Positions 26,999 through 35,338 of a stretch of DNA of 64,000 bases are shown one piece after another (position 1 is the stretch's first letter; each line of letters opens with the position of its first letter). The notes beneath the pieces are model-generated. The model was not told the DNA's origin and ran no database searches. It worked only from the letters and a program-made list of their open reading frames with translations. The stretch lies in assembly GCA_045601605.1 (NCBI GenBank), contig JAZRZY010000158.1, positions 9,079-73,078 on the forward strand. The letters are read 5' to 3'. This DNA is from Eubacteriales bacterium (lineage in GTDB: Bacteria; Bacillota; Clostridia; Oscillospirales; SIG627). A program made the translations under genes and the position numbers.

Positions 26999-28405
26999 TT
27001 ATTCGCCTTTGACTGCGGCTTCGATGGCTTCCTCGAAGACGTCGAGGCCTTCAATGAGAGCTTCTTCATCGATGGTGAGCGGAGGAGTCACCTTAATGGT
27101 GGCACCGCTGCCGACGGGGGCGAAGAAGAGCAGACCGCGTTCCACGGAGTTGCGGCACACGTCGTGCGCAAAGTCGTTGTCGGTCTCCTTGGTGCCGGGC
27201 TTGGTGAAGACGATGGCCCAAGCCAGACCGGTGCCGGAGACAAAGCCCATCTGCGGATATTTGGCTTGCATCGCAGTCAGCTTCTCGCGGCAGATTTCGC
27301 CGAGTTTGAGGGCGCGATCGGTCAGGTTGTTGTCCACGATATAGTTGAGGTTTGCGAGAGCGGCGGCGCAGGAAACGGGGTTGCCGGTATGGGTGCTGGT
27401 CATTTCGTTGGGGCCGTACTGATCCATCACTTCCTTGGAGCCGAGCACGCAGGAGAGAGGCAGGGAGGAGGAGATGCCCTTGCCGCAACAGACGAGGTCA
27501 GCCTTCACGTCGTAGTGCTGATAGGCAAAGAATTTACCGCTGCGGCCGTAGCCTGCCTGAACTTCGTCAAAGCAGAGGAGAATGCCGTTTTCGTCGCAGA
27601 ACTTGCGCAGAAGCTTCACAAAGCCCTTCGGCATAAGCTGGACCCAACCACCCTGGAAGGTTTCGGGCATAAAGCCGGCGATTTCCTCGGGTTTGGCAAC
27701 GGCATCCAGATACTTCTTCCACTCTGCGAAGCATTTTTCGTCGGAGTAGTCCTCACGGGTCTCGTCAGCCCACTCGTAGTAGAAGCGGTTCGGGAAGGGA
27801 ACGTTGTGCATATCGGGATCGTGGTTGACGATCCAAGCTTTGCCGCCCTTGGCACCGCCGGCCATCTGGGCACCCATGGTGCGGCCGTGGAAGTCGTTTT
27901 CGCAGGTGATGATCTTGATTTTCTTTACGCCGGGTTTTGCGTGGTTGGCCCCCCAGGTACGCATCAGCTTGATGGCGCACTCGGTGGACTCGCCGCCGGT
28001 GGTGAGCAGGAAGCATTTTTCGAGATAGTCGGGAGTGTTCTTGATGATGGCTTCCACGAGCTTGGAACGGATCTCGGAGGGGAAGCAGTAGTTGTGCATC
28101 AAGCCATGATCGACGATGTCAAGGACGGCTTTCTTCACTTCGGGGTTGGAGTGACCTGCGTTGGTGACCAGAACGCCGGAGGAGAAGTCGATCCACTTGT
28201 TGCCGAATTTGTCATACACGTTGAAGTTCTCTGCGCGATCCCAGATCACGAGGGGCTGACCGCTCATAGAGCGGGGCTCATACTTGCGAAGGCGCTCGAC
28301 GATCTCGGCGGATTCCGGCACGGGAAGGTCGGTGACGATCTTGCGATACTTGGTTTCGATGCGCTGGGTTTTGCGGGGGATCATGTCAAAACTTTTCTTT
28401 TCCAT
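26999..28405 (-). CDS. Class-III (aspartate aminotransferase fold type I) PLP aminotransferase, substrate unknown
   Basis: 468 aa containing LTTGGESTECAIK and DEVQAGYGRSGKFFAY blocks, typical of omega-aminotransferases. Confidence 0.8.
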   Translation of the reverse strand: MEKKSFDMIPRKTQRIETKYRKIVTDLPVPESAEIVERLRKYEPRSMSGQPLVIWDRAENFNVYDKFGNKWIDFSSGVLVTNAGHSNPEVKKAVLDIVDHGLMHNYCFPSEIRSKLVEAIIKNTPDYLEKCFLLTTGGESTECAIKLMRTWGANHAKPGVKKIKIITCENDFHGRTMGAQMAGGAKGGKAWIVNHDPDMHNVPFPNRFYYEWADETREDYSDEKCFAEWKKYLDAVAKPEEIAGFMPETFQGGWVQLMPKGFVKLLRKFCDENGILLCFDEVQAGYGRSGKFFAYQHYDVKADLVCCGKGISSSLPLSCVLGSKEVMDQYGPNEMTSTHTGNPVSCAAALANLNYIVDNNLTDRALKLGEICREKLTAMQAKYPQMGFVSGTGLAWAIVFTKPGTKETDNDFAHDVCRNSVERGLLFFAPVGSGATIKVTPPLTIDEEALIEGLDVFEEAIEAAVKGE

Positions 28406-28439
28406 GATGGTGTCTCCTTGTATGTTTTTTGTTTTGGGT

Positions 28440-28769
28440 TTACTTGTTCATATCGGGGTAGTTTGCGAAGTAGAGGTATTCCAGGGGTTCATCGGAAATG
28501 CAGGTCATACGGTGCGGCGTGTTGCGAGGAACATAGACCACGTGACCTTTTTCCAATTCGTGAAGGGTGTCACCGAGCATAAGTCTGGCGCGACCGGTCA
28601 AAACGACGTAGCCTTCTTCTTCATCGTCGTGCAGTCCGATGTCGGTGGATTCGCCCGGCTGCAGAGCAACGTAGCCGATGGCGATAGTTTCCGCTTCGGG
28701 CAGGTCGAGCAGCATGCGCTCGCGCTGGAAGGGGGGGATGGAATCATCCCAAATCTTGCGAATGATCAT
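28440..28769 (-). CDS. Cupin-domain protein
   Basis: Start is ATG 28769, after AAAGGAG; the track ORF adds 6 codons. Metal-site-like residues appear in GLHDDEEEGYVVLTG...VPRNTPHRM. Confidence 0.6.
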   Translation of the reverse strand: MIIRKIWDDSIPPFQRERMLLDLPEAETIAIGYVALQPGESTDIGLHDDEEEGYVVLTGRARLMLGDTLHELEKGHVVYVPRNTPHRMTCISDEPLEYLYFANYPDMNK

Positions 28770-28779
28770 ACTTTCTCCT

Positions 28780-29733
28780 TTATGCAATGGAAGTGAGTAT
28801 CAGTTGCAGAACGGTGAGTGTGATGAGGGATAATAAAGTGGAAATGCCGATTGCGCTTGCAGAGAATTCGTGGTCGGCATCCATTTCAACTGCCAAGACG
28901 TAACTGGATACGGAAACGGGAGTTCCGCAGAGCAGGGAGGTAAAGGCGAGTTCCGTTCCCTCAAACCCGAACACAAAACGGCCGAGCAAATAGCCGATGA
29001 TCGGCGCGAGCACCAAGCGGATGGCACAGACAGCCCCCAAGGCCCCGAGACTGTGTTTGATCGCGGGCAAGGAGATGGAGGTGCCGATGGAGATCAGCGC
29101 GAGCGGCAACGCGAGCGAGGCGCACATTTCGATGAGATCCGAAACGATCGGTGCTTGCATCACGGGGACTTTGAAATAGGATGCCAAAAGCCCCAAAACG
29201 GTTGCGATCAAGAAGGGGTTATACAAAAAGTTTAAAAGCTTTTTGAGAAGCAACTTTCCCGAGTTTTGGTTTTTTGCGCCTCCCTGTAGGATGCGGAAGA
29301 TCGAAAGGGAGAAGATCGACAGAAAAACACAGTACGGAGAGTCAAACCCGTTAATGATTGCAGCTCGGCTCATTGCCTCTTCTCCGTAGAATCCTTCCAC
29401 AACCGGAAGACCGATGTATCCGATGTTGGAGCGGAAGACGGAGAGGTGAAAGGCACCGCGCGTTTGTTTTCGTTTGACGGCAAAGGCGAGGCCGAACACG
29501 ACCGTGAAGAGAATGCCGGTTACCGTCAGGTTGTGGGCGACCATATCAAGTCGGAACGTGTCCGTGAAGTCGAAGGAGGAAATCCCCCGAAAGATCATCG
29601 CAGGCATTCCGACGTAATAGGCAAGCTTATTGAATCCGTTGCTGACAGACGTCGGCAAATTCAAGAAACGCTTTACCAAAAAGCCGCCGATTAAAAAACA
29701 AAAGAGCGGAACGGTCGTAGAAATCAGCTGCAT
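28780..29733 (-). CDS. AEC (auxin efflux carrier) family permease
   Basis: 317 aa with about 10 TM helices and the two-repeat topology typical of AEC transporters. Confidence 0.7.
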   Translation of the reverse strand: MQLISTTVPLFCFLIGGFLVKRFLNLPTSVSNGFNKLAYYVGMPAMIFRGISSFDFTDTFRLDMVAHNLTVTGILFTVVFGLAFAVKRKQTRGAFHLSVFRSNIGYIGLPVVEGFYGEEAMSRAAIINGFDSPYCVFLSIFSLSIFRILQGGAKNQNSGKLLLKKLLNFLYNPFLIATVLGLLASYFKVPVMQAPIVSDLIEMCASLALPLALISIGTSISLPAIKHSLGALGAVCAIRLVLAPIIGYLLGRFVFGFEGTELAFTSLLCGTPVSVSSYVLAVEMDADHEFSASAIGISTLLSLITLTVLQLILTSIA

Positions 29734-29736
29734 CGC

Positions 29737-30948
29737 TTATTTTTCAAGAGAGATGTTGAGATCCTCATCAAAGGCGACAAAGCCGTTGTTGTTTGCAATG
29801 GAGAGACGCACGGCATTGTTGACGGCAACGCCGACGAGTGCCTGACGGGGCAAGCCGCGCGATTTGCCCATTTCTTCGAGCAGGGCTCTGCGGTGTGCAA
29901 GAGCGTCAGCTTCGTTCATGCCGTCGGTCTCGTTGCAAATGCGTTTGATGTCGTTGATGCCCTGAACGATGGATTCATAGCCGTAGCCGACGTGATCCAC
30001 TTCTTCGTCGGAATCCCAAGAGTCGAAGGTCTTGAAGAAGTTGGGGTTTACCGCTTCATAGCCGTACTGTTCGGTGGCAAAACGGGTGTTGCGGTCTTTG
30101 TGATCGGCCCAATATTCGCCCATGGTACCGAGCATCATCATACCTTGGTTGTTGCCTGCACCGATCTTCGGCGTGTTGACCCAAGAAGTCTGGATGAACT
30201 GAACGCTGCCGTCTTCCCATTCGATGGTGGCTTGCACGGCGTCAAATGCATCCTTGCCCTGCGTGGGAAGGAATTTCTTTTGTCCGAATGCAACGAGACG
30301 CTTCGGCTTGAGGCCGGTGATGAAATAGTATGCGTCTGCGTAGTGCACGCCGATGTATTCAAAGGGAGAAGACTTTTCGCACCATGCTTTGAAGACGTCG
30401 AGCGCCATATACTTCGGTTCTTCAAGCCAAGCGTGGCCGTGGAGCATTTCGCCGAGCTCGCCGCGGCGATACTTGTAACGGCACATGCGGATGGAACGGT
30501 CGTGACGCTTGTGATAGTCGGTCAGAACGTACACGCCCTTTTCTTCGGCCATTGCAATGATTTCTTTGGCCTCTTCCACCTTCAGGCAAAGCGGCTTTTC
30601 TACGATACAATGACGGCCGGCTTCGATGGCTGCCTTAATGACGGGGGTGTGGAGATGGTCGGGCGTTGCAACGATGACGACGCCGTCCGGCGGAAGATCG
30701 TTGATTGCCTGTTTGAACATGTCCGGATAGGGAGTCGTCTCGCCGTACACATCGGGATCGGGATATCCCTTGAAAGCGGGGAACATGCCCTGCAGCTTGC
30801 GGATGATGTCACCGGTCAGTGCGCTGATCGAGATGTTACCGATGCGGCCGTATTTCTGTTCCTGAAACACGGTCGGAAGAATCACATCCTGGCTGATCAT
30901 GCCACCGCCGACGACAAGGACGTCTACTTTTCTGTCATACATACCCAT
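29737..30948 (-). CDS. Gfo/Idh/MocA family NAD(P)-dependent oxidoreductase
   Basis: 403 aa. Rossmann N-terminus VDVLVVGGGMISQ and the EKPL block (HCIVEKPLCL). Confidence 0.75.
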   Translation of the reverse strand: MGMYDRKVDVLVVGGGMISQDVILPTVFQEQKYGRIGNISISALTGDIIRKLQGMFPAFKGYPDPDVYGETTPYPDMFKQAINDLPPDGVVIVATPDHLHTPVIKAAIEAGRHCIVEKPLCLKVEEAKEIIAMAEEKGVYVLTDYHKRHDRSIRMCRYKYRRGELGEMLHGHAWLEEPKYMALDVFKAWCEKSSPFEYIGVHYADAYYFITGLKPKRLVAFGQKKFLPTQGKDAFDAVQATIEWEDGSVQFIQTSWVNTPKIGAGNNQGMMMLGTMGEYWADHKDRNTRFATEQYGYEAVNPNFFKTFDSWDSDEEVDHVGYGYESIVQGINDIKRICNETDGMNEADALAHRRALLEEMGKSRGLPRQALVGVAVNNAVRLSIANNNGFVAFDEDLNISLEK

Positions 30949-30980
30949 TTTTTCATACCTCCAATGAATTTGAATTGAAA

Positions 30981-32048
30981 TTAAATGAGTTTTTGCACAC
31001 TGTTTCGCACCACGATTCGGGGCTCAATGGAAATGGTCTCGCGCGGGGGTGCATCCGCTGAGATTGCGTCGATTAGGGAAACGGCTACCTGCATTCCCGC
31101 TTCAAAGGGGGATTGATCGACCGTGGTCAGTGCAGGGGAGACCATTCGGGAAACGGAACTGTTGTCAAGGCCCATAACGGAGATATCGCCCGGCACGGAG
31201 ATGTTAAGCTCATTGAGTCTTTGTACGACGCCTGCCGCCGTGATGTCATTGATGCAAAGGACGGCGGTGGGAGGCGGGGAAAGCTCCGGCAACTTTTCGG
31301 CAAACAGTCGGCCGTTTTCAAACTCGTAGATTTCGCCGCTCTGAAGCTCGGTTTCCGTGGTAGCGATCAGTTCGTAGGTTGGATCGAATTTTATGTCTGC
31401 CTGGGTAAGCCCGTCGCGATAACCGCGCAGGACTTCCTTTCGTGAATAGGTGTGGGCGGGACTCGAAACCAAGGCGATGCGTCTGTGTCCGTATTCGGCA
31501 AGAAACAAAACGGCATCCTTTGCGGCGCGTCTCACTTGGAAGTCAACGTGACCGAGTGTCAGTTCGGGAATGGATTGGTCTAAGGCCATCACTCGCAGAC
31601 GATAGGCGTCAGCCAAACGCTTAAGAGGGGAAAGGTTCGTGGTAACGGTTGAGAGGATCACGCCTCCCACTTGCTTTTGGCAGAGGGATTCGAAATATTC
31701 CATCTCACGAATCTCGCTGCGGAGCGTATTGCACAAGAGCAGACCGAAGCCTCGCTGTTTTGCGGCGGTTTCCGCGCCCAGAACGAGCTCGGTATAAAAG
31801 GGGTTTGAAATGTTCGGCAGGATGATGCCAATGTCGCGGGAAACGCTCTTTTTGAGCATTTGCCCAATGAGATTTGGCTTGTAGTTTAAGGAGGTGGCGG
31901 CCGCTAAAATACGCTCGCGCGCGGCGGCACTGACGGGATAGTCGGAGCCCGAGAGCACGCGGGACGCAGTGGCAGTGGAAACGCCTGCTTTTTTTGCGAC
32001 ATCGTGAATGGTGGCGCGCATCAAGTGATCAGCCAAAGAGACCTCCAT
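30981..32048 (-). CDS. LacI-family transcriptional regulator
   Basis: HTH is TIHDVAKKAGVSTATASRVLSG, followed by a periplasmic-binding-protein-like sugar domain. Start may be Met10 (32021) rather than 32048. Confidence 0.85.
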   Translation of the reverse strand: MEVSLADHLMRATIHDVAKKAGVSTATASRVLSGSDYPVSAAARERILAAATSLNYKPNLIGQMLKKSVSRDIGIILPNISNPFYTELVLGAETAAKQRGFGLLLCNTLRSEIREMEYFESLCQKQVGGVILSTVTTNLSPLKRLADAYRLRVMALDQSIPELTLGHVDFQVRRAAKDAVLFLAEYGHRRIALVSSPAHTYSRKEVLRGYRDGLTQADIKFDPTYELIATTETELQSGEIYEFENGRLFAEKLPELSPPPTAVLCINDITAAGVVQRLNELNISVPGDISVMGLDNSSVSRMVSPALTTVDQSPFEAGMQVAVSLIDAISADAPPRETISIEPRIVVRNSVQKLI

Positions 32049-32063
32049 AGAAATCGTTTACTA
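32048..32063. promoter_or_regulatory. Candidate LacI-family operator
   Basis: TAGAAATCGTTTACTA is a 16-mer centred on CG, palindromic at 12 of 16 positions. It lies just downstream of the predicted TSS and abuts the lacI-like start codon. Confidence 0.35.
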
Positions 32064-32073
32064 TACAAAATGT

Positions 32074-32102
32074 AGTATATCATTGAATGAAAGGAAAATC
32101 AA
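32074..32102 (-). promoter_or_regulatory. Promoter of the LacI-headed operon
   Basis: Minus strand reads TTGATT (32102-32097), 17 nt, TATACT (32079-32074). Confidence 0.45.
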
Positions 32103-32139
32103 GAGAAAATCGAAAAAAAGAAAATCCGTCAATGGGTCA

Positions 32140-32174
32140 AAAACAAAAGAACCGACTGCGATTGCAGTCGGTTC
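32140..32174 (-). terminator. Terminator of the zinc-ribbon protein gene
   Basis: 11-bp stem GAACCGACTGC/GCAGTCGGTTC (32149-32159/32164-32174), followed on the minus strand by TTTTGTTTT. Confidence 0.7.
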
Positions 32175-32180
32175 CGAGCG

Positions 32181-34118
32181 TTATTCTGCGGTTGTAGAAT
32201 CGTTTCCGTTCTCAAGGGAGGCGGAAGGGGACGAGTCCGGGTCTTCTTCGTCGGGAGTGTCATCGTCTTCGGAGGCTCCGTCTCCTTTTGCGTCTTCTTC
32301 GCTCGAAGCTTGTTCACCGGCTTCTTGAAGGCGCTTTTCTTCTTCCGCCAGGAAGGTCTCAAGAGAGCCTTCGCCGAAATAATGTTCGAAAACGGGGGTA
32401 TCTTGCAAAGCGCGCTTCATCGAAAGAGTCAAGTCAAAGAATGCGGGTTTTCCGAAGTCGGAGCTGGAGTTTGCTTGAATGTCTGCGGTGTCGCAGGAAG
32501 CGGAGTAGTTCAACTGCCCAATGAGCTTGATTTTTGAGGTCACATCACCTTCCGAAAGGGTGCGACGTTCCAAGCAAAGGCGCGTTTCTTTGGAGTTTAA
32601 CCGCTCGTTGGAAAGCAGGATGAGTTCGTCATTGTATTGGAGGCGCACTTTGCCGACGAAGGCGGATACGCCGCCGATGGAGGAACCTTTTTCCAGATCT
32701 GCGGAAATGGCAAGAAGGGTTTCTTCGCCGGCATCTGCGGAACGCTCGGCATCTGCCGCAAGGCGGGTTAAGGTGATATCGTGTTCACCCTCGGTTGCGG
32801 TGGAGGAGTCAATGTGGGTGAGGTGGTAAATCTCGTTGTTTGCTTCCAGGCGAACTTCAAGAATGTTCTCGTTGTCCCTGTGATAACGGAAACACTCAAA
32901 AACGGTCAGCGTTCCTTGTTTTAAGGAGCGTCCGATGAGATCGGTCCCTTGGTAATAGGCGGTGAGGCTGATTCCGTCAGACAGGATCAGGTCGTCGGCT
33001 TTTTCCGCGATGCGATCTGCCAAAAGATCTACGTAAGCTTGAACGTCCTGCTTTTCGGGGGAGGTGTTGAGTACGTAGAGGAGCGAACCTTCTTCGGGAA
33101 GGGTGTATTCGGGAACAAGGGCCAAAAGTTCGGTAAAGAGCGGGATTTGCTCCAGATCTTCATCGCTTAGGTTGAATTCGGCTGCAAAGTCGCGTCGGAA
33201 CTCGGCAGAGGCGGTAATGTAATTTGCGGTGTTTTGGATGATCTGAGCGAGCTTTGTGTCGCGCCGGATCATGGAGGAGAGTTGACGGATGACGTCTTTT
33301 GCCTGTTCCTCATTCAGCGTAAAGGTAACGGTGGAAACTTCGATTCCGTCAACGACTGCAAAGTCAAGTGTTTGCTCACTTTCATTTAATGCTTCAAGCA
33401 GCAGGGGTTGAAGGTAAGTGCCCACCCATTCGCTCAATTCTCGCGGGGTATATCCTGTGATGGTTTTCCAGGATGTGTTTCCGCCCTTGAAGGAATTTTG
33501 CAATGCGGCGGAAAATTTGGCGGCAACCACGCCATCCGTCATTTCGGGAAAACTGACGGAAATTTTTTCAGCAACCAGATTGGAGATCACCGTGCAGAAG
33601 ACTTCTTCTTCGTAAGCGGCGGAAAGTTTCAGTGAGGTGCTTTTTTGACCGTCTGTGGTGAGCGTGCCTTGAAGGTTGAGATCGGCAAGAAGAAGGCTGT
33701 AATCCTCGTACTCCTTGCCCTCTGTCTCAATTTTAAAGTTCCCGTTTATCGTTTTTCTCTGTGCTTCGACAATCGGTTTGCTCAGCGTTTCGACTGTGTC
33801 GGAAAATTTGCGTATTTCCTGAGCTTCACTTTCCAGATAATAGGCGGCAGGGGACATAAAAGACTGCTTAAAATGGGGCAGGAAGATCAAGGCGAGCGCT
33901 GCAACGAGAAGCAAGGCACCAAAGCAGACGAAGAGAATCCACTTTTTCTTGGTTGACAAGGGCACGGCGGGTACTTGCTCCGCATCGTTAAAATCTGCAG
34001 GCTGTGTGAAGGCCGTGGTGTGTGCCTCGGAAAGAAGTTTGGTTTTTTGGCGTTTTCCGCAGGCTCGGCAAAAGCGGTCGTCTGCGTGGATTTCAGCGCC
34101 GCAACGTTTGCAGGTCAT
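32181..34118 (-). CDS. Zinc-ribbon, single-pass membrane protein with large extracytoplasmic domain and acidic tail
   Basis: Start is ATG 34118, after AAAGGAG (MTCKRCGAEIHADDRFCRACG). One TM helix (WILFVCFGALLLVAALALIFL). About 520 aa with no motif I recognise. The C-terminus is Asp/Glu/Ser-rich. Confidence 0.55.
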   Translation of the reverse strand: MTCKRCGAEIHADDRFCRACGKRQKTKLLSEAHTTAFTQPADFNDAEQVPAVPLSTKKKWILFVCFGALLLVAALALIFLPHFKQSFMSPAAYYLESEAQEIRKFSDTVETLSKPIVEAQRKTINGNFKIETEGKEYEDYSLLLADLNLQGTLTTDGQKSTSLKLSAAYEEEVFCTVISNLVAEKISVSFPEMTDGVVAAKFSAALQNSFKGGNTSWKTITGYTPRELSEWVGTYLQPLLLEALNESEQTLDFAVVDGIEVSTVTFTLNEEQAKDVIRQLSSMIRRDTKLAQIIQNTANYITASAEFRRDFAAEFNLSDEDLEQIPLFTELLALVPEYTLPEEGSLLYVLNTSPEKQDVQAYVDLLADRIAEKADDLILSDGISLTAYYQGTDLIGRSLKQGTLTVFECFRYHRDNENILEVRLEANNEIYHLTHIDSSTATEGEHDITLTRLAADAERSADAGEETLLAISADLEKGSSIGGVSAFVGKVRLQYNDELILLSNERLNSKETRLCLERRTLSEGDVTSKIKLIGQLNYSASCDTADIQANSSSDFGKPAFFDLTLSMKRALQDTPVFEHYFGEGSLETFLAEEEKRLQEAGEQASSEEDAKGDGASEDDDTPDEEDPDSSPSASLENGNDSTTAE

Positions 34119-34149
34119 ACTGATCTCTCCTTTCTGCTTTTTTGATGTA

Positions 34150-34178
34150 ATTATATCATATTGTTCCTCGCGAGGCAA
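34150..34178 (-). promoter_or_regulatory. Promoter of the zinc-ribbon protein gene
   Basis: Minus strand reads TTGCCT (34178-34173), 17 nt, TATAAT (34155-34150). Confidence 0.45.
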
Positions 34179-34200
34179 GGGATTTGTGTTTTCTTTCGTG

Positions 34201-34229
34201 AAAAAACCGCCCTGAAAGGGCGGTTTTTT
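34201..34229. terminator. Bidirectional terminator
   Basis: AAAAAA, CCGCCC, TGAAA, GGGCGG, TTTTTT (stem 34207-34212/34218-34223). Confidence 0.65.
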
Positions 34230-34759
34230 CAATTCAGAATGGTGCGCTCCGGCAAGTTGATACGGGTAAATCCGATGTCAGAGGGTTCGGTAACGAAAAA
34301 GTGCGGGGGATCCATGGACGGGAGATCAACGGTGCCCTCTGCGTGGGCACAACCCTTCAGCACGGTAAAGAAGCTCAAATACGGGTCGTTGTAAACGCAT
34401 CTCATACAGAGAAAATCCTCTTCGCTGACCGTGTTCTCGGCAATTTTTTCTTCCAAAAGGGAAGGTTCGATGAGCGAAAAGAGCAAAAAGAGCGGTTTTT
34501 TTCCCTCTTTTTCGATAAGGAGAAATTCCTCGTTGTCTTCATGATAGCCAAAACAAGGGAAGTTGATTCCGGCGGCGGTAACGTAAATCATCATATGAGC
34601 GCCGCGCTCCGGCGAAGACTGATAAACGGTTGCCTGCCGATCAAGGTTGAGCTCGGGGTGCTTCTCCTTGATGTCCGGCGTCATACGCAGAATCAGACCG
34701 CGCTTTTCCAGAAGCTCCAAAACCTCCTCGGATGCATCGACGGGCTTAAATCTCAGCAT
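34229..34759 (-). CDS. Hypothetical cytoplasmic protein
   Basis: Start is probably ATG 34759 (MLRFKPVDASEEVLELLEK), overlapping the upstream gene end. No motif recognised and no TM helix. Confidence 0.5.
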   Translation of the reverse strand: MLRFKPVDASEEVLELLEKRGLILRMTPDIKEKHPELNLDRQATVYQSSPERGAHMMIYVTAAGINFPCFGYHEDNEEFLLIEKEGKKPLFLLFSLIEPSLLEEKIAENTVSEEDFLCMRCVYNDPYLSFFTVLKGCAHAEGTVDLPSMDPPHFFVTEPSDIGFTRINLPERTILN

Positions 34760-35213
34760 GTTTTTTCTCCGTTCTTTCAATCATTTCATCCAAGATCTCG
34801 GCGGCATCCATTACAAATTTTAAGCAGGGGCGCGAATGATAATATTCTTTGGTGCGTTCGTCGGGGATCGGGGAGCGATCGGTGTTGAGATTTTCCAAAA
34901 GCTCACGGCAGAGGATGGTGTTGTTTTTTTCTTTGAATCGTTCTGCAATTTCCTGTATGCGTGCGTAATGCTCTTTCTTTTCGTTTTGATCATCGGGAGA
35001 GGTGTATCCAAAGAGGAGCCCTGCGACCATAAATGCTCCGCTTACTGCACCGCACACTTCACGCATACGTCCCATGCCGCCACCGAACGAGGAGGAAAGG
35101 CGCAGTGCCGTATCTTCGGGAAGCCCGGTTACGTCGCCAAAGGCGGCAACAACGGATTGGGAACAATTGTATCCTTTCAAAAAATAATCGCGTGCAAGTT
35201 GGGCGTGGGTCAT
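34746..35213 (-). CDS. C_GCAxxG_C_C family protein
   Basis: 155 aa containing GYNCSQSV, the signature EVCGAVSGAFMV and a later LCRELL cysteine. Confidence 0.75.
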   Translation of the reverse strand: MTHAQLARDYFLKGYNCSQSVVAAFGDVTGLPEDTALRLSSSFGGGMGRMREVCGAVSGAFMVAGLLFGYTSPDDQNEKKEHYARIQEIAERFKEKNNTILCRELLENLNTDRSPIPDERTKEYYHSRPCLKFVMDAAEILDEMIERTEKKHAEI

Positions 35214-35287
35214 AAAAGCCTCCGAGGTTGTTTTTTTAATATCATATCACTCTTTAAAATCGGAATCAAGTCGATTTAAAAAAAGAC

Positions 35288-35315
35288 TTTGAAAAAAACG
35301 AGAATTGCGATATAA
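35288..35315 (+). promoter_or_regulatory. Promoter of the U32 gene
   Basis: TTGAAA (35288-35293), 16 nt, TATAAT (35310-35315). Confidence 0.45.
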
Positions 35316-35338
35316 TAGTGTAACTAAGTGAGGTATTT

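Noticed and set aside
27164-28582. 472-aa plus-strand ORF antisense to the aminotransferase and cupin genes
   Set aside because: It is a shadow ORF. The minus-strand genes carry clear PLP-aminotransferase and cupin motifs and proper RBSs.
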